From the NCBI GenBank assembly GCA_032718475.1, contig JAUCBJ010007629.1, positions 1 to 64,000 of the forward strand: a DNA stretch of 64,000 nucleotides, in the 5' to 3' direction. Positions within the stretch are counted from its first letter, which is position 1. Each line of letters starts with the position of its first letter. The notes under the pieces are model-generated. The model saw only the letters and a program-made list of their open reading frames with translations, was not told the origin of the DNA and did not search any database. The translations under genes and the position numbers were made by a program. The stretch comes from Nemertoderma westbladi. Lineage: Eukaryota; Animalia; Xenacoelomorpha. Positions 59,616 through 64,000 of the stretch are shown one piece after another.

Positions 59616-60139
59616 TTTATAATTTTCTATTTTCAATATCGAGTCATCTTGGGTCAAACCATTTTTCAGACCACTAATGACTGACCACCTACTTTTTTCA
59701 TAACTATTTCACTAGAAAATCATGAATATGAAGGTCTAGAAATATTTATAAATATTTTGTATTAAAATAGTAATGAAAAAATAGGTGGTGAGTGGTTTGT
59801 GTGAACTCTGCCTAAAAACCAAGGAGTCTATATAATTACTGTATCTTGGTTAAAACACGGATCGCTATCGTTATCGCAGTGACATGGGCCACCCAATAAA
59901 TATATATAACAGAATAAAGTCTTACCGACCGGCTGACCGGTACCGGTACGCCTTTTAATTCTGTAATTGGTTAACTGAGTGTTTACTGGTTATCAGTAAT
60001 AAATTTTCTACTGGTGAAAAACACTGGTTTTAACCAGTCGTTATTGCAACGCGATTTCTACCACTACTGGTAACTGGTGGACTGGTAGCTGGTGAACTGA
60101 TGGACTGGTGAACTGGTAATTTGGTGCAACAGGGCCCAG

Positions 60140-60237
60140 AGGATGAAAGGCTGAGTGGACCCTGGTGGGGCTGAACCTACAACCACTAGATTGCAGGCCC
60201 GGACTAGACTGCATTGCTCAACCAAATGTGCTACCCC
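60140..60237 (-). mobile_element. tRNA-derived SINE head fragment
   Basis: Minus strand: TAGCACATTTGGTT (A box), GGTTCAGCCCC (B box), then CACTCAGCCTTTCATCC resembling a conserved SINE core start. Confidence 0.5.
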
Positions 60238-61322
60238 GCCGTTGATGTACTATTATAGAGCTACTGTATAGGTAGTTGTCGTAGGAAATCCATTCTATAC
60301 CTCCACCATTAACTTTATTTTTTGTTTATCTAAACTTATGCATTTATAGGCATACGGTATGCGATATTTAGGAAGGAATGAGTGGTGATAATACTGATAA
60401 TTAATAGTCTAATAGTTGAGACTGATATATAGATACTAATGATAACCATATGCTAGATCTTTGTTCACTACTTGACACGCCAAATAAATCACAGTTGAGC
60501 TAAGTGGGCAATGCGTCATTGAGCCACTTGACACCCATCAAGGTTTAAAACTATAATAATAAATAAAAATGCAATGTTTTAAAAAAGATACCCATGTTTT
60601 ACTAGTGTTTTCATATCTATCTCTATTTTCATTTATTAAATAATGCACTATTACAATTATTTTTCCAATGGTCATTCATGCAGGAAAGTTATGCAGTTTA
60701 TGCTATTCTATGAACTCGGCCAAGCACTAGTTTTACTATTTTGACTGTCGTCTCATGAATTCGTGTCAAAAACTTGTTAGTTATATTGTAATTAGTGCTG
60801 TAAAAAAACATTGTAAATAAAAATATATTATATATATTTGTAAACAATACATTATTCTAACGCAGACAGTTTCGATCTGTTAGTCTGTCTGTAGCTCTGT
60901 TTTATAGGTAGGCATACGTAGTAAGAGTAACATAGTACGTACCAAGGCCATCTGAATAATCTGTTAGTTAGTTAGTTAATAGTTGTTTATATGGACTTGG
61001 TACGTATCATACAACCATCAGACCAGACCATCAGACATACATACTGACAATGTGTACTCTCAGCTAGTTTCAGGCCTTCATTGCTGCTATAGTTAGTTAG
61101 GTAGCGCCTGGAGCGCTATATATTTCTGATTATTTCAAATTATATCACAAATTAAATATGCAGTATTTACAGGAAAACGTAGAATATCAAAATAATAATA
61201 ATAAAAATCAAATCAAAATCATTTAAACGATTCTAGTATATCGTAAATATATGCACAGAGGGTGTGAGAGTCACCTTTGAAAAGAGTCTTCAAGCGCCCG
61301 GCAAAATAGAGTGTCTGGTAAT

Positions 61323-61794
61323 TTAAACATAAATCTTTGAGAGTGGGCACACACATAAAAAGTGCAACTCATCTTGGACAGAGGTGTTGTCACAGATACA
61401 AGTTCTGTCCAATCGTGTTATGAATCTGTGTCTATGACTCATTAATCTGACCCGGGTAAAAGCGGCCCGGTGATATTCCGGAATAAACGGTTTGGCAGAT
61501 TCGTATATCGGGTCTACTGATAAGTCGCTGTTTAAAACAGAACAGTATGTGAAAAACTTTGTAGCGGATTCTGGTTTGTTTATAACACGATATTTTATTA
61601 TACTGCTAGTGAATAATTTGAACAAGGCTTTGTACAACAAATTATAACCCGGGCTATTTGCCGATTTGCAAAGTTGGAACGCCTGATTAATCGGTGTATC
61701 GGGATCGCTATGAAGTATTTTCATGTAAAATTGCTTCCTACATTTAATTATACGTTCTAGAATGGTTGGTAGCCCTAATTCGTTCAGACAGATG
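61323..61794 (-). pseudogene. LINE ORF2 C-terminal fragment, cut by the second Polinton
   Basis: ELGLP, FTRVRLMSH, RTCIC....QDELHFLCVCP Zn knuckle. Confidence 0.75.
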
Positions 61795-64000
61795 AGTAGT
61801 AGATGTTTGTATGACATCCGCACAAGGTCACCCATAGCCCATCATTACCATCCATTTTTAGTAATGCATCCAATCAGAAGCCACCATTTCAACCATTAGC
61901 AGTGGTCGTTATTATTTCAACCAATCAGATGCCAGCATTTCAACCGTAACCATGGTAACTTCTCAAGTTCCTGCATCTTCCGCTAGAGGCGTTATTAGAC
62001 CCAACGCTAGTACTGCATCCAATCATAAGCCTTTATCTTACAGGTGTTCGGGTGTCTGTCTACACTTAGCATCAGGTAACTTCTACTATTTTTCAGCAAC
62101 CAGTATTTTCATATTCACCAATCTTTATTTTACAGGCGCTAGGAGTGTCTACAGGTAACGTCTACTATTTTTCAAATCGCAATTTTTCAGCAACCAGTAT
62201 TTTCATATTCACCAATCTTTATTTTACAGGCGCTAGGAGTGTCTACAGGTAACTTCTACTATTTTTCATTTTGCTATTTTTCACCAGTAACTAAATTTCA
62301 TTTTGCAATTTTTCAGATAACAAAATATTCAACCGGGTTCCAACTCGGGACCATTATAACCCCCCACATTTCTCCACTCACTCTTCCATCCAACCATGAG
62401 AGAAAAAGGCAATAAATATCTGAGTTATACCATAGCCATTGAATTCTTCATCTTCAACACTGGTAGCAGATGTTTATAAATAGCATCTAGTCCCTTAACA
62501 TAATTACTATAGCATAGAATACATTAATTTGACTATTAATAATAATCGATTTCTTTTATCGTTGTATATATGTGACTGGTTGGTCAACTAAGTTGAATAT
62601 AAGTTAGAATGATAGGACTAGCATTATTCACGTTGCATCTGTTACTCGTTACTGCTATTTCACTCTCTAACTCGCGCTAATGTAATAAATCAACCATTAA
62701 CCTAGAAGGATGATTTTAGCTGTACACGTTGCATCTGTTACACGAAACTACTATATTATTCATTGTAAGTTACTCTTTTGTAATAAAGCAACCATATAAA
62801 CCGAAGTTTTACATTCTAATAATCATTTATTGAGTTTTTATTTTTCAAAATAGTTTACATTCTAATTATGGATTTATTTAAAAAAAGTTCAAGCAATACT
62901 TGGAAATTTACATGTAATAAATATACCTGTAGTATTGTTTATGTCAAGTATTTATTTTACACTCAAGCGATAGCAATGTAACAACATGCTTCTCTTACCG
63001 GGATACACTCTACCTTCTAGACACCTTAGAAATATTAATCAACCGACAAAAGGAATCATCAGTTTCAAGAGGTAATATTTATCCTAATATAGAATTTACA
63101 AGAGGAAATTTAAATATTTTCACCTGCGTTATTTCTGAAAACGTATATCTTCAGAAGCGAGGCAAATGTCAAATTCTAAACAAATCACTCATTAATTTAT
63201 TGCTTCAGAGTAAGACAAAAATATTAGAATTTCTATCACCACCACTCGAAATAATAAATCAGTATTCTGTTGTTAATTTAACCAACCCATCTTTTGTTGG
63301 TTTTGTAAGCAAATATAAAGGAACGGCTTATATGGGACTATGGGAGATTTCAGCTAGATATTCTGATGCTATTGGTCTTAGGTATTATAATGGGTTTAAC
63401 TTAACAGCATCGGAAGTAAATTCATTGTGGTATGAATGGAATTATGAAATTAGTAACGAAGGTGTCTTTTCAGAGCTAGATACGAGCGATAAAGCTTTAT
63501 CTGACCGACTTAAAGTAAAAATAAATGTACAAGAAAAAAAAGTAATTATTACAGACAAGGAAAGCAAATATTTAAAATTACATTACGATAAAGACATACC
63601 ACATATAGAGTTTCTCAACAATATGATGGAAAAGGTTTCATCAACTGATATAGCAGACGGTTTCGTGATTCTACATCAACCAACTTGGAAGGTTAAGTTT
63701 AATAAGTCATTTCCAGAAGCAGTTTCATCCACATTTAATCCAAAGACATACATCGAAGAGATATCAAGCGATAGAAAGTGCAGATCTACATCTCGAACAT
63801 CTTCCAATCCCAACAATGATTCTATAGCTACAAAGAAAAGAAAAGTTACAAAAGCAAGTAAAGAGGTAGCAGATTACAACAAGGAACATATAAAAGCAGT
63901 ATCAGATTGATTTATTATTAACTAGAGACTTTTTTTTTTCAGTTTCACACTGACTAGTAAAGGTAACTTTTTAACACAAAGCATGATTATTATAAAGTAT
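61795..64000. mobile_element. Terminus of a second copy of the same Polinton family, inverted, running off the window
   Basis: Begins AGTAGT; colinear inverted homolog of about 35255-37329. Confidence 0.9.
62868..63910 (+). pseudogene. Second copy of the PC4-like Polinton gene, 1-nt deletion near 62950
   Basis: Homologous to 35348-36391; open from 63200 to 63910. Confidence 0.7.

Noticed and set aside
35255-64000. One giant element bounded by 2-kb inverted repeats
   Set aside because: The termini face each other across the intervening DNA, so they belong to two separate Polinton copies; flanks do not match and an adapter junction lies between.

Overview
Eukaryotic (probably small invertebrate) transposon-dense DNA; no host gene is recognisable. 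Left to right: a tRNA-derived SINE-like head; a minus-strand Bel/Pao gag with no pol; a young 14.6-kb Bel/Pao LTR retrotransposon (element A, 6343-20906, 1629-bp near-identical LTRs, CAGGC TSD); a left-truncated Polinton/Maverick (about 23.5-37.3 kb; ATPase, truncated integrase, minor and major capsid, adenain, TBP-like, split pPolB, PC4-like) whose right end interrupts a LINE; RTE, foldback and capsid fragments; a degraded Bel/Pao element B (42391-52216) whose 3' LTR is cut by the inverted, related element C (52217-55665); a head-to-head amplification-adapter dimer at 55666-55717 marking a probable chimeric join; then RTE, Harbinger, foldback and SINE fragments, a LINE 3' end and the start of a second Polinton copy (61795 to window end). 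The most unusual signal is in the Bel/Pao family. A and C carry a homologous accessory DEDDy-exonuclease-like plus CCHC-knuckle protein where env would sit. A has six covarying kink-turn/UUCG hairpins in each LTR, a GNRA-capped hairpin repeated across LTR, gag, pol and the accessory ORF, and structured repeats after pol. A and B lack an obvious tRNA primer-binding site and instead show a fold-back over the LTR end. All calls come from reading motifs by eye; no searches or folding programs were run.
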